Assembly (NCBI GenBank): GCA_037444005.1
Contig: JBBING010000007.1
Coordinates: 1 to 62,106, forward strand
Direction of reading: 5' to 3'
DNA length: 62,106 nt
DNA from: Chloroflexota bacterium
GTDB lineage: Bacteria > Chloroflexota > Dehalococcoidia > DSTF01 > JACRBR01
A program made the position numbers and the translations under genes. This document shows positions 48,447 to 58,041 of this stretch, piece by piece (the first letter of the stretch is position 1; each line of letters begins with the position of its first letter). Below the pieces are notes generated by a model. The model searched no databases. It was not told the origin of the DNA and saw nothing but the letters and a program-made list of their open reading frames with translations.

Positions 48447-49449
48447 ACGCCTTCACCCTCCCGGCGGCCACCCGGCGGACAGCCTCGCCGAACGCGCGAA
48501 GCGCCTCCAGCGTCTCCTCGTGCGCCCGCGCCGACTCCGTCAAGAACGTCACGAGGATCCACTCGGCGCCGATTCGCTCCGACCATCGCTCGAGCGTCCG
48601 CGCGCAGTCCTCGGGCGAGCCGAGTGCGACCCGGTCGGACGCCGCCGAGGCGGCGGTCACATCCTCCGGGGAGCGGATGGACGCCATCCAGGGGTCGAGT
48701 CCCCGGGTAAACGCGCGATTGGTCCAGTAGTAGCGAAAGGTCGCTTCGATGGCCGCGCCGTGACGGCGCAGGGCGTCCCGTTCATCGTCGCCCAGCGCCA
48801 CGAAGCGGGTCAGCACGGTGGACGCTGCCCGTCCGAGACGCGACGCTTCCTGGCGATAGGCGTTGTTCAGCGCGCACACGGCGTCCATGCTGTGCAACGG
48901 GTCGGCGATCCACGCGTCGCCGAGGCGCGCGGCCCGCCGGACGCCCGCCTCCGTCCAGGCGGCGATCCACACCGGAGGCAGGACCGCGGGCCGGGGATGC
49001 ACGCGCACGTCGGGAAGCTGGTAGCGCCTCCCGTGGAACGCGACGCGCCCCTCGGTCCACGCCTGTCGCAGGACGGCGAGCCCTTCTTCGAAGCGCGACA
49101 CGCGCTGACGCCGGTCCACGCCGAATGCGTCGAAATCCTCGCGCTGGTAGCCGAGGCCGACGCCGAGAATGAAGCGTCCCGGGGCGATGCCGTCGATCAC
49201 GCCGGTCGATTCGGCGACCGCGACCGGATGGTGGAGCGGAAGGAGGAGAACGCACGTCCCGAGACAAATCCGGGAGGTGAGGGCGGCCGAGGCCGCGAGC
49301 GCCTCGAGGTTGATCCCGAAGTGATAGGCCACGTCGCGCTGGTGGTGTTCGGAGAAGAACCAGCCGTCGAAGCCCGCGTCCTCGGCCGCCCGGACCTGCG
49401 AGACCAGGTCGCTGAAGGTGGAGGGATAGCCTACGACCCCGAAGCGCAC
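48439..49449 (-). CDS. Luciferase-like (LLM) oxidoreductase
   Basis: AEDAGFDG...SEHH, TSRICLGT, HPVAVAE, RRAARLGD. Confidence 0.88.
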   Translation of the reverse strand: MRFGVVGYPSTFSDLVSQVRAAEDAGFDGWFFSEHHQRDVAYHFGINLEALAASAALTSRICLGTCVLLLPLHHPVAVAESTGVIDGIAPGRFILGVGLGYQREDFDAFGVDRRQRVSRFEEGLAVLRQAWTEGRVAFHGRRYQLPDVRVHPRPAVLPPVWIAAWTEAGVRRAARLGDAWIADPLHSMDAVCALNNAYRQEASRLGRAASTVLTRFVALGDDERDALRRHGAAIEATFRYYWTNRAFTRGLDPWMASIRSPEDVTAASAASDRVALGSPEDCARTLERWSERIGAEWILVTFLTESARAHEETLEALRAFGEAVRRVAAGRVKAYG

Positions 49450-49660
49450 GGTTACCGTCCGTTCACTGAACGTTTGCGGGCGACAGCGGACCCGCAGCGG
49501 GCAGCGTGGCGACGGAAGAAACTGTATGCCGGACCGCGCGCCGCTGTCAAGAGTTTCGACTGCAGATTTTGACTGGACGGTCGGCGCGAGCATATTGGGG
49601 CGCCACCCTAGTCATCGCCGCCTTCGACCGCAGATTTTTACCGCGTGGTCGACAAACCCC

Positions 49661-49689
49661 TTGACGCCGGCCCTCGCCGGGACTAGACT
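49661..49689 (+). promoter_or_regulatory. Promoter of the tetR-ech-mutase operon
   Basis: TTGACG-N17-TAGACT ending 9 nt before ATG 49699. Confidence 0.7.
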
Positions 49690-49698
49690 CTGGGCGCG

Positions 49699-50403
49699 AT
49701 GGAAGAAGGCACGCGTGTGGTGACCGAATCGGCCGCCGAGCAGGCCCGGCCGGGACGAGGACGCGCCCGCGACGCCATCTTGCAGGCCGCGGCCGAAACC
49801 TTCCGCCAGAAGGGCTTCGACCGCGCCACGATGGAGGACCTGGCGGCGCAGCTCGGCCTGCTCAAGGCGAGTCTCTACTACTACTTCCAGAGCAAGTACG
49901 ACATCCTGTACGAGATCCTGCGTGGGGCTCGACAGGAGGTCCTCCGCCGCCTGGAGACGGTCGCCTCGTCCGATCTCCCGCCTCGCGAGAAGCTCCATCA
50001 GGCCATCGTCGCCTTCGTCACAGCGTTCGACCACAACTACCCGGCACTCTCCGTCGCCGTCTACGAGCGGCTCGACCGCGGCGTTCCCGCCATCGACGAG
50101 ATGAAGGCGATCCGGCGCCGGGTGCAGCAGCTCTGGGATCGGATGATCCGCCAGGCAGCGCGCGAAGGCGTCATTCGCAACGACCTCGATCTGCGCGTCG
50201 TCAGCTTCGCCATCATCGGCATGATCAACTGGATGTCCCAGTGGTACGAGAAGGACGGCCGGCTCAGCTCGGAGGAGATTGCGCACGTCTTCGCTGAGCT
50301 GGCGCTCAACGGTCTCGCGACGGAACGGCGCCCAGTTACTCCGCCGCCGCGCCGCGCGCGCAGGCGCCGACGTGAGGCCGCTGCCGCCGTCCCCGCGACG
50401 TAG
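49699..50403 (+). CDS. TetR-family regulator (KstR2/PaaR-like, probably CoA-ester sensing)
   Basis: HTH KASLYYYFQSK; C-terminal IIGMINWMSQWY...G.LS.EEIA. Confidence 0.88.
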   Translation: MEEGTRVVTESAAEQARPGRGRARDAILQAAAETFRQKGFDRATMEDLAAQLGLLKASLYYYFQSKYDILYEILRGARQEVLRRLETVASSDLPPREKLHQAIVAFVTAFDHNYPALSVAVYERLDRGVPAIDEMKAIRRRVQQLWDRMIRQAAREGVIRNDLDLRVVSFAIIGMINWMSQWYEKDGRLSSEEIAHVFAELALNGLATERRPVTPPPRRARRRRREAAAAVPAT

Positions 50404-50449
50404 CCGACGCGAAGCCACCGGCGCGCAGCGCCGACACGCGAGGCGGAAC

Positions 50450-51232
50450 ATGGCAGAGACGCTTCTCGAAGCACGCCGAGGCCGGGTCGCTGTGTTTACG
50501 TTCAACCGGCCCGAGAAGCGCAACGCGCTCGACCCCGAGCTGCTGTTCGCTCTGGGCGACCGTCTCGCGGCGCTGGCGGCAGAAGGGGACATCCGCTGTG
50601 TGGTTCTGCGCGGCGCCGGAGACGAGGCGTTTTCCGCAGGCTACGACATCGGCCGCATCCCGGGCGGTCGCGACCGGCCCCCGCGACAGGGGAATCCTCT
50701 CGACTACGGGCTGCAGGCGGTCCACGACTTCCCGTATGCGGTCATCGCCATGATCCGCGGGTTCGCGCTCGGGGCGGGCTGCCATCTCGCCGCCGCCTGC
50801 GACCTGCGTCTCGCCTCGGCCACGGCGCGGTTCGGCATGCCGCCGGTGAAGCTGGGCGTCGTGTACCCGGTCGAGGGCTACCGGCTGTTCGTCCGGCTCG
50901 TAGGGCTGGCCGCCGCGAAGGAGCTGTTCCTCACCGGCCGGCAGATCGACGCGTCCCGAGCTCTCGAAATCGGGCTCGTCCATCGCGTGCTCCCCGACGA
51001 CGAGCTCGAACCGTACACCATGGCCCTCGCGGAAGAGATCGCGGAGGAGAACGCCCCGCTCGCAGTGCGGGCGAGCAAGCGCATCCTCGACCGCCTGAGT
51101 GAGGGGCCCCTCAGTGAGGAGGACGAACGCGAGTTCCGTCGGCTCATGGCTGAGGCGTTCGCCAGCCATGACCTTCGCGAGGCGCGAGCGGCGTTCGCGG
51201 AAAAACGCCGGCCTCGCTTCTCAGGGACATGA
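50450..51232 (+). CDS. Enoyl-CoA hydratase/isomerase (crotonase) family
   Basis: [30 protein letters not shown]. Confidence 0.9.
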   Translation: MAETLLEARRGRVAVFTFNRPEKRNALDPELLFALGDRLAALAAEGDIRCVVLRGAGDEAFSAGYDIGRIPGGRDRPPRQGNPLDYGLQAVHDFPYAVIAMIRGFALGAGCHLAAACDLRLASATARFGMPPVKLGVVYPVEGYRLFVRLVGLAAAKELFLTGRQIDASRALEIGLVHRVLPDDELEPYTMALAEEIAEENAPLAVRASKRILDRLSEGPLSEEDEREFRRLMAEAFASHDLREARAAFAEKRRPRFSGT

Positions 51233-51270
51233 CATCCGCCCCGCGGGGGCGGCAGCAGGTGGAACACGGT

Positions 51271-51714
51271 ATGGCTGAACAAGAAAAGCAGCGTGAACGG
51301 ACACAACCCATCCGGGTGCTCATCGCCAAGCCAGGACTCGACGGACACGACCGTGGCGCGAAGGTAATCGCGCTGGGGCTGCGGGAGGCGGGATTCGAGG
51401 TCATTTACACCGGCCTGCGGCAGAGCCCCGAGGCGATCGTCAGGGCGGCGATCGACGAGGACGTCGACGTGGTCGGGCTGAGCTGTCTCTCGGGGGCGCA
51501 CCGCCACCTCTTTCCTCGCGTCGTGGAACTTCTCCGCGCCGAAGGAGCCGACGACGTCCTGGTCATCGGCGGCGGGATGATTCCCGACGAAGACATCCCG
51601 TATCTCAAGGAGCGCGGCGTGCACGAGGTGTTCACCGCGGGCACGATGATCGAAGACATCGCGCGCTATCTCCGGGAGCACGTCAGGCGCGACGTGCGGG
51701 CCCGGACAGATTGA
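51271..51714 (+). CDS. Acyl-CoA mutase small, cobalamin-binding subunit
   Basis: [10 protein letters not shown] (DxHxxG), [14 protein letters not shown]. Confidence 0.93.
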   Translation: MAEQEKQRERTQPIRVLIAKPGLDGHDRGAKVIALGLREAGFEVIYTGLRQSPEAIVRAAIDEDVDVVGLSCLSGAHRHLFPRVVELLRAEGADDVLVIGGGMIPDEDIPYLKERGVHEVFTAGTMIEDIARYLREHVRRDVRARTD

Positions 51715-51725
51715 GGGAGGCGGCC

Positions 51726-53462
51726 ATGTGTCAGGATGCCGAACTCGAAGCCATCGCGGCCAGAAAGCGGGAGTGGGAAGAGACGACGCTCCGTCGCAAT
51801 CTCGAACGCCTGCGGCTCGAACGCAACCCGCTGAAGCTCTACACGCCCCTGGACATCCAGGGGCACAACTACCTCGAGAAGCTCGGCTTCCCGGGGGAGT
51901 ATCCGTTCACTCGGGGCACGTACGCCGTCCCGCTGATGGCGACGCCCTACGCGGAGGCGCGGGCGGGCGAGGGGGGCGCCGTCGCTCCGCGCGCGGGGCT
52001 CTACGCAGGCTATGGCACCGCGGAGGACACCCGCGACCTGTGGCGTGCGGAACGGCGCCGCGGCGCCAACCTCGCGTTCGATCTGCCCACGCAGTGCGGA
52101 CTGGACTCCGATCATCCGATGGCCGAGGGAGAAGTGGGGCGCGTGGGCGTCGCCATCGACACGCTCGATGACTTCGAGACCATCTACGAGGCGTTCGAGG
52201 GCGTCGTGACCCTCGATCAGATGGCGTCGAACTTCACCATCAACGCCCCCTGCAACATCATTCTCGCCATGTACTTCGCCATGGCGGAGCGGAAGGGGGT
52301 GCCCCTCAGCGCGCTTCGCGGCACGCCGCAGAACGACATCCTGAAGGAGTTCGCGGCGCGGGGGACGTACATCTTCCCGCCCGACCCGTCGATGCGGATG
52401 GTGCGGGACACCATCACCTTCTGCCATCGTTACGCCCCGGAGCTGAACGTCATCAGCATCTGCGGCTATCACATGCGCGAGGCGGGCGCGAGCGAGACGC
52501 TGACTGCGGGCCTCACGTTCTCTCACGCCATCTCGTACGTCCAGCTCGGGATCGACGCCGGCCTGGACCCGGACGAGTTCATCGACCGCTTCACGTTCCT
52601 GGACTTCGGCGGGGGCATGGATTTCTGGCGGGAGATCGCGCGGGCGCGAGCGAACCGCCGGATCTGGGCCCGCATCATGAAGGAGCGCTTCGGCGCCAAG
52701 AACCCCCGCTCCTGGATCATGCGCGGCGGCGACTCCATCTTCGTCGGACCGAGCTGCTACACGAAGCAGCGCCCGCTCAACAACCTCATCCGCGGCGTCA
52801 TCGGCGGGGTGATGGGGTACCTGGGTGCGGGATACGGCACGGGTGGGATGCCCTGGGACGAGGTCCTCGGGCTGGGGCACAGCTACGAGGCCCGGCAGCT
52901 CTCCGCCGACGCGACCCGCATCCTGCGCTACGAGGCGCGGCTGGGCGAAGTCGCCGATCCCCTCGCCGGCTCGTACTTCGTCGAGTCCCTCACCGACGAG
53001 GTCGAAGCGGAGATCTGGGAGGTGATCCACCGCATCGACGCCCAGGGCGGAGGGGTCGAGGCGATCAAGAGCGGGTACACCCAGCGCGAGATCGCACGGT
53101 CCGCGTACGAGTTCCAGCGCAGCATCGAAACCGGAGAGCGTGTCGTCGTGGGGGTGAACCGCTTCACCGGCGAGAACGAGCTGGAAGTGATCCCGCCGCG
53201 GCTCGTCGACCACCCGTACGACCCCGCGCGTCTCGAATCGGCCTACGAGCGACAGTTGCAGCGGCTCGCGCGCGTCAAGCGGGAGCGGAGCCAGTCGCAG
53301 GTCGACGCCGCGCTGAAGGCCATCGACCGGGCCGCTCGCAAGGAAGACGAAAATCTCATCCCGTACTTCATCGACGCCGTCAAGGCCTACGCCACGGTGG
53401 GCGAAATCTGCGATGTCCTCCGAGGCGTCTTCGGGGAGTACCGGGAGCCAGCGTTGACATGA
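51726..53462 (+). CDS. Acyl-CoA mutase large (substrate-binding) subunit, divergent
   Basis: PGEYPFTRG, AFDLPT, G.VGVAID, QNDILKEF..RG, GYHMREAG, DPLAGSY.VE.LT, VVGVN, AT.GEI. Confidence 0.9.
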   Translation: MCQDAELEAIAARKREWEETTLRRNLERLRLERNPLKLYTPLDIQGHNYLEKLGFPGEYPFTRGTYAVPLMATPYAEARAGEGGAVAPRAGLYAGYGTAEDTRDLWRAERRRGANLAFDLPTQCGLDSDHPMAEGEVGRVGVAIDTLDDFETIYEAFEGVVTLDQMASNFTINAPCNIILAMYFAMAERKGVPLSALRGTPQNDILKEFAARGTYIFPPDPSMRMVRDTITFCHRYAPELNVISICGYHMREAGASETLTAGLTFSHAISYVQLGIDAGLDPDEFIDRFTFLDFGGGMDFWREIARARANRRIWARIMKERFGAKNPRSWIMRGGDSIFVGPSCYTKQRPLNNLIRGVIGGVMGYLGAGYGTGGMPWDEVLGLGHSYEARQLSADATRILRYEARLGEVADPLAGSYFVESLTDEVEAEIWEVIHRIDAQGGGVEAIKSGYTQREIARSAYEFQRSIETGERVVVGVNRFTGENELEVIPPRLVDHPYDPARLESAYERQLQRLARVKRERSQSQVDAALKAIDRAARKEDENLIPYFIDAVKAYATVGEICDVLRGVFGEYREPALT

Positions 53463-53476
53463 AAGGAGCGCGCGTG

Positions 53477-54832
53477 ATGGGCGCAACGGCCGCCCTCGCG
53501 GCCTTCGTCGCGGGGCTCCGTCCCCGGGATGTTCCCGAGCCCGTGCGCGAGCAGGTCCGGCGGGCCTTTCTCGACACGCTGGCCGTGGCGCTGGCCGGCG
53601 CCAGCGAGCCGTGCGCGCGCATTACGGCCGACTACGCACGGAAGCTCGCGGCGGTACCCGAAGCGACGCTGTTCGGCCTCGGCGTTCGCACGGCGGCGGC
53701 CGAAGCGGCGTTGGTCAACGGAACGGCGGCGCACGCCCTCGACTACGACGACGTGAGCGAAGCCATGATGGGGCACCCGAGCGCGCCGCTGGTCCCGGCT
53801 ATCGTCGCCTCCGCCGAGCGCGCCGGCGCGTCCGGGGAGGAGGCGACCCTCGCGTACGTCGCGGGCTTCGAGGTGCAGGCGCGCCTGGGACGGATGCTCG
53901 GTCCGTCTCACTACGCCCGCGGCTGGCACCCGACGTCGACCCTCGGAACGCTCGGCGCCGCGGCCGCCGCCTCCCGGATTTTCGGCCTCGACGAACACCG
54001 GACGTCGATGGCCCTCGGGATGGCGTGCTCGCTGGCGGCGGGCTGTCGCCAGCAGTTCGGGAGCATGACGAAGCCGCTGCACGCGGGCGTCGCCGCCCGC
54101 AACGGGGTAACGGCGGCGCTGCTCGCCGCCGACGGGCTCACGGCCGATCCGACGGCGATCGAGGCGCCACTCGGGTTCGGGCGCCTGTACGGCGGCGACG
54201 GCCTCGATGTGGACCGTGGGCTCCACGGGCTGGGCGAGACGTGGCTCATCCTGGAGCCGGGCATCGGCGTCAAGAAGTACCCCTGCTGCTATGCGACCCA
54301 CTGCGCGCTCGACGCCGCCCTCGAACTGCGGGGCCTCCACGGCGAGCGTGTCGCCGCCGCGCGCGCCGTCGAGGTGGTGGCTCCGCAAGGAGCGCTCGCC
54401 CCGTTGATTCACGATCGGCCCGCCACCGGCCTGGAAGGCAAGTTCAGCATGCCATACTGCGTCGCCGCAGCCCTGACGGACGGCGACGTCAGGCTTGCCA
54501 CCTTCTCGGACGAGGCCGTCATGAGACCCGAGGTCCGCCGGCTCATGGAGCGCGTCCGGGTGCGCGAGGAGCCCCGGCGCGAAGGGGTGCGGACGCCGTT
54601 CTACGCCGAGCTGCGCCTGGACCTCGGGGACATGCAGGTCCGGGCGTTCGTCGATACGCCGCGCGGCGACCCCAGGAAGCCGCTCACCTGGGGGGAGCTC
54701 GTGGACAAGTTTCGCGATTGCGCCGCCGGCCTGCCGCCCGCCCGCACCGAGCGAGCGCTGTCCCAGATCGAGAAGCTCGACCGGCTCGAACGGGTCGCCG
54801 ACCTGGCGGCCACGCTCGGGCCGGGACCCTGA
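53477..54832 (+). CDS. MmgE/PrpD family protein
   Basis: NGTAAHALDYDD, GHPS, GWH.T, K.LHAG, K.YPCC, KFS..Y, G.P..P. Confidence 0.92.
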   Translation: MGATAALAAFVAGLRPRDVPEPVREQVRRAFLDTLAVALAGASEPCARITADYARKLAAVPEATLFGLGVRTAAAEAALVNGTAAHALDYDDVSEAMMGHPSAPLVPAIVASAERAGASGEEATLAYVAGFEVQARLGRMLGPSHYARGWHPTSTLGTLGAAAAASRIFGLDEHRTSMALGMACSLAAGCRQQFGSMTKPLHAGVAARNGVTAALLAADGLTADPTAIEAPLGFGRLYGGDGLDVDRGLHGLGETWLILEPGIGVKKYPCCYATHCALDAALELRGLHGERVAAARAVEVVAPQGALAPLIHDRPATGLEGKFSMPYCVAAALTDGDVRLATFSDEAVMRPEVRRLMERVRVREEPRREGVRTPFYAELRLDLGDMQVRAFVDTPRGDPRKPLTWGELVDKFRDCAAGLPPARTERALSQIEKLDRLERVADLAATLGPGP

Positions 54833-54844
54833 TGGAGGAACGGC

Positions 54845-55606
54845 ATGGGTCTGCTGGATGGAAAAGTGGCACTGGTCACCGCGGGGGCCGGCGCCGGCAT
54901 CGGACAGGCGACGGCGCGGCGGTTTCTCGAGGAGGGCGCGACGGTGGTGCTGACGGACGCGCACCCTCGGCGCGTGCAGGAGGTGGCGCGAGCGCTGTCC
55001 GCCGAGTTCGGACGGGAGGTGGTCGGCCGGCAGCTCGACGTGACGAACGAAGAACAGACGCGCGAGGTCGTGGAGGAGACGCTCGCCACGCACGGGCGGA
55101 TCGACGTGCTGTTCAACAACGCGGGCATCAACAAACTCGAGCCCATCTGGGAGATGTCGACCGCGACCTGGCGGCTGGTTCTCGACGTGTGCCTGACGGG
55201 CACGTTCTACATGATTCGCGCCGTCCTCCCGTCGATGATTGCCCGGACCTCGGGCTCGATCGTGAACATGGCGTCGGTGGCCGGATGGGTCGGCTCTTCC
55301 GGCGGGGAGTGCCATTACGCGGCGGCGAAAGCCGGCGTCATGGGCCTGACCCGCGCGGTGGCGTCGGAAGTGGCCAAACACGGTATCCGCGTCAACGCCA
55401 TCGCGCCCTCGCTGATCTACAACGAGTTCCTGGAACGCATCTACCCGAAGGAGTTCTTCGAGCGAGCGCGCGCCCGCGCACCGCTCGGCCGCGTGGGCGA
55501 GCCCATCGACGTGGCCAACGTCGCGCTCTTTCTGGCGAGCGACCAGTCGGCCTACATCACCGGCGAGGTCCTGTGCGTCGCCGGCGGCACGGTGTTTCAT
55601 GCGTAG
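54845..55606 (+). CDS. SDR oxidoreductase resembling IpdF (Rv3559c type)
   Basis: Atypical TAGAGAGIG nucleotide motif; TDAHPRR; HYAAAKAGVMGLTR. Confidence 0.8.
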   Translation: MGLLDGKVALVTAGAGAGIGQATARRFLEEGATVVLTDAHPRRVQEVARALSAEFGREVVGRQLDVTNEEQTREVVEETLATHGRIDVLFNNAGINKLEPIWEMSTATWRLVLDVCLTGTFYMIRAVLPSMIARTSGSIVNMASVAGWVGSSGGECHYAAAKAGVMGLTRAVASEVAKHGIRVNAIAPSLIYNEFLERIYPKEFFERARARAPLGRVGEPIDVANVALFLASDQSAYITGEVLCVAGGTVFHA

Positions 55607-55618
55607 GGGAGGGCCGGA

Positions 55619-56047
55619 ATGGACGTCGTTCTGATCTGCCGGGACGCGCTCGAGAACGCCGTCATCGCCAACGTCGCGGTGGCGCTGGACGTGCGCCGTC
55701 GTGGGGGCGCCGCGGCCATTCTGTTTACGGGCGAGGCTCTCGCCGCGCTCGCCGGCCAATCGTTTGGATGGTCGCCGCTCTTTCGCTCCCGAGAGGCCCG
55801 GATCGCCATCTCGCGTGGCGCGACGCGGCTGGGCGTTCCTATCGCCGCGGAGCGCGACGACCGCTGGACAGACCTTCCGCGCATGCTCGACGCCGCCCGC
55901 CGAGCGGGTGTCGAGCTCATCGCCTGCCCCATCTGGTCCGAGATCCTGGGCGTCGGCGACGCCCTGCCAGAGGGCGTCACACGCGTTCCCGATCTCGCGG
56001 CGCTCGAAGCGATCATGGACGGCCGGCGGGTCATCGGCGCGTTCTGA
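55619..56047 (+). CDS. DsrE/DsrF-like protein
   Basis: LFTGEAL...LDAARRAGVELIACP resembles the DsrE fold with its conserved Cys. Confidence 0.55.
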   Translation: MDVVLICRDALENAVIANVAVALDVRRRGGAAAILFTGEALAALAGQSFGWSPLFRSREARIAISRGATRLGVPIAAERDDRWTDLPRMLDAARRAGVELIACPIWSEILGVGDALPEGVTRVPDLAALEAIMDGRRVIGAF

Positions 56048-56065
56048 CACGGAGGGAGGTGCGAC

Positions 56066-56896
56066 ATGACCTGGGGCCCGTGGACTCCGGTGGACGATTT
56101 CCGTGGGGAAGAGGTGCTGTACGAAAAGCGGCGCCGCCAACGCGGAGGTGGCGTGGCGCGCATCCGGTTCAACCGCCCTCACCGGCTCAACGCCCTGACC
56201 GGCGTCGGCTTCCGCGAGCTCATTCGATGCGTCAACGAGGCGAACCGGGACCCGAACATCGGCGTCATCGTCCTGGAAGGCGTCGGCGACCACTTCGGGA
56301 CGGGCGGCGACGTCGAGTGGGAGGCGCGGGGCGGCCTGCGGGAATCCATTCCCAACTTCGACGGCGCCATCAAGAACTCACTGAAGCCGGTGATCGCGGC
56401 GGTGCGCGGCTACTGCATCGGCGGGCACAACCACCTCGCCTATCACTGCGACTTCACCATCGCGGCCGACACCGCGATCTTCGGACAGAACGGCCCACGG
56501 GTCGGGAGCCCCGCCCACGGGCAGATGGTCGCCGATCTCGCGCTCGTGATCGGCCTGAAACGCGCGAAGGAGATGTGGATGCTCTGCCGCCAGTACACAG
56601 CGGAGCAGGCGTTTCACATGGGCCTCGTCAACGCCGTCGTGCCCGAGAGCCGGCTCGATGAGGAGGTGGAGCGCTGGTGCGACGAACTGCTCGACCTCTC
56701 TCCGACGTGCTTGAGCATCGTCAAGCAGAGCTTCGAGGCGGTCGGCGGGTATCTCGCGCAGGAGACCGGGCGCATCCTCGCGATGATCGCCCCCGACTTC
56801 CATAACCGACCCGAGGTCGCTGAGGCCCAGCGCGCGTTCTTCGAGAAGCGAAAGCCGAACTTCTGGCCCACCGATGATGGCCGAGAACCATCGTGA
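56066..56896 (+). CDS. BadI/MenB-type crotonase (probable cyclic beta-ketoacyl-CoA ring-opening hydrolase)
   Basis: FGTGGD, GYCIGG, GQNGPRVGS, KRAKEMWMLCRQY.A..A..MGLVN. Confidence 0.8.
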   Translation: MTWGPWTPVDDFRGEEVLYEKRRRQRGGGVARIRFNRPHRLNALTGVGFRELIRCVNEANRDPNIGVIVLEGVGDHFGTGGDVEWEARGGLRESIPNFDGAIKNSLKPVIAAVRGYCIGGHNHLAYHCDFTIAADTAIFGQNGPRVGSPAHGQMVADLALVIGLKRAKEMWMLCRQYTAEQAFHMGLVNAVVPESRLDEEVERWCDELLDLSPTCLSIVKQSFEAVGGYLAQETGRILAMIAPDFHNRPEVAEAQRAFFEKRKPNFWPTDDGREPS

Positions 56897-58040
56897 GACC
56901 GGGGCGCTGAGCGGCCTCCGGGTTCTCGAGGTCGGTGAGGGGTTCGCCCTTGCCTGCGCCGGCGGCTTCTTCGCCGGCCTCGGCGCCGAGGTCGTGAAGG
57001 TCGAGCCTCCCGGGCGAGGCGACCGCCTGCGTGCGACGGGGCCGTTCCTGCGCGGCGTCCCCGACCGGGAAGCCAGCGCCCTCTTCGCGTACCTCAACGG
57101 CGGCAAGCGCAGCGTCACCCTCGACGTCCGCTCGACGACCGGCCGCGCTCTCCTCGATGCGCTGGGGAGAACCCGCGACATCGTGCTGCACGCTCCCGAC
57201 GATGGGCAGCGAGCTCTCTCCTTCGATGACAGCGGGCCCGTGGTGGTGTCGGTCACGTCCTTCGGGCTCGAAGGGCCCTACGCGGGGCTGCCTGCGACGG
57301 AACTCACGATCCAAGCGATGATGGGCCTGATGTACATCACGGGCGAGCCGACCCGCGAGCCGCTCCAGGTGGGCGTGCCGCTCGCGTCGTACGTCGCCGG
57401 TCAGACGGCGTTCGTGGCAGCGCTGGCCGCCTATCTCGGCGCCCCTGGTGGGCGTGCCGACGTCTCGATGTTCGAGTCAGCGGTGGCCGTGCTCGAGCAC
57501 GCGCCCATGACGTGGGCGTACCGGCACCGCGTCTGGAAGCGCCGGGGCAACTGGTCCGGCATCGCGGGCTGGGGCGTCTATCCTTGCGCCGACGGATACG
57601 CCGCCATTATCTCGGGGATCGGCGCCGCCTACCACCGATTCCGGGAGCTGGTCGGCCTGACCGACCCCGAGTTCGCCGGCGCGAGCGCCCGCACAAGGCG
57701 TGCGGCCGAGATGGATGCGGCGATTCTTCGATGGCTGGAAGGACGGCCGCGGCGGCAGGCATGCGAGGAAGGCCAGCGCCGCCGGCTCCCCTTCGGCTAC
57801 GTCGCGAGCGCCGACGATATCCTCGCGTCGCCACAGCTGCAGGCGCGGCGGTTCTTCGTCGAGCTCGACCGGCCGGGCGAACGGCCGGTGCGGTTCCCCG
57901 GCGCGCCGTACCTCATGAGCGAATCCTCCTGGCGGTGGACGCGCCCGCCCCGGCTCGGCGAGCACAACGCCGACGTCTTCGGGGAGCTCGGCCTCCAAAC
58001 GCGCGCGCTGGTGACGCTCCACCAGCGGGGGGTGATCTGA
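56877..58040 (+). CDS. Family III CoA-transferase subunit, apparently non-catalytic
   Basis: LGAEVVKVEPP, NGGKRS; GVPLASY has Ser at the expected catalytic Asp position. Confidence 0.8.
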   Translation: MAENHRETGALSGLRVLEVGEGFALACAGGFFAGLGAEVVKVEPPGRGDRLRATGPFLRGVPDREASALFAYLNGGKRSVTLDVRSTTGRALLDALGRTRDIVLHAPDDGQRALSFDDSGPVVVSVTSFGLEGPYAGLPATELTIQAMMGLMYITGEPTREPLQVGVPLASYVAGQTAFVAALAAYLGAPGGRADVSMFESAVAVLEHAPMTWAYRHRVWKRRGNWSGIAGWGVYPCADGYAAIISGIGAAYHRFRELVGLTDPEFAGASARTRRAAEMDAAILRWLEGRPRRQACEEGQRRRLPFGYVASADDILASPQLQARRFFVELDRPGERPVRFPGAPYLMSESSWRWTRPPRLGEHNADVFGELGLQTRALVTLHQRGVI

Positions 58041-58041
58041 T

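Noticed and set aside
53387-56661. 968 aa minus-strand and 1016 aa plus-strand ORFs
   Set aside because: Antisense and alternative-frame shadows of the PrpD, SDR, DsrE and BadI genes; Arg/Gly/Ala-rich with no motifs
56066-56896. menB (naphthoate synthase) call
   Set aside because: No other men genes nearby, the MenB FCSGGDQ and GSFD motifs are altered, and the context is catabolic; BadI-like is preferred
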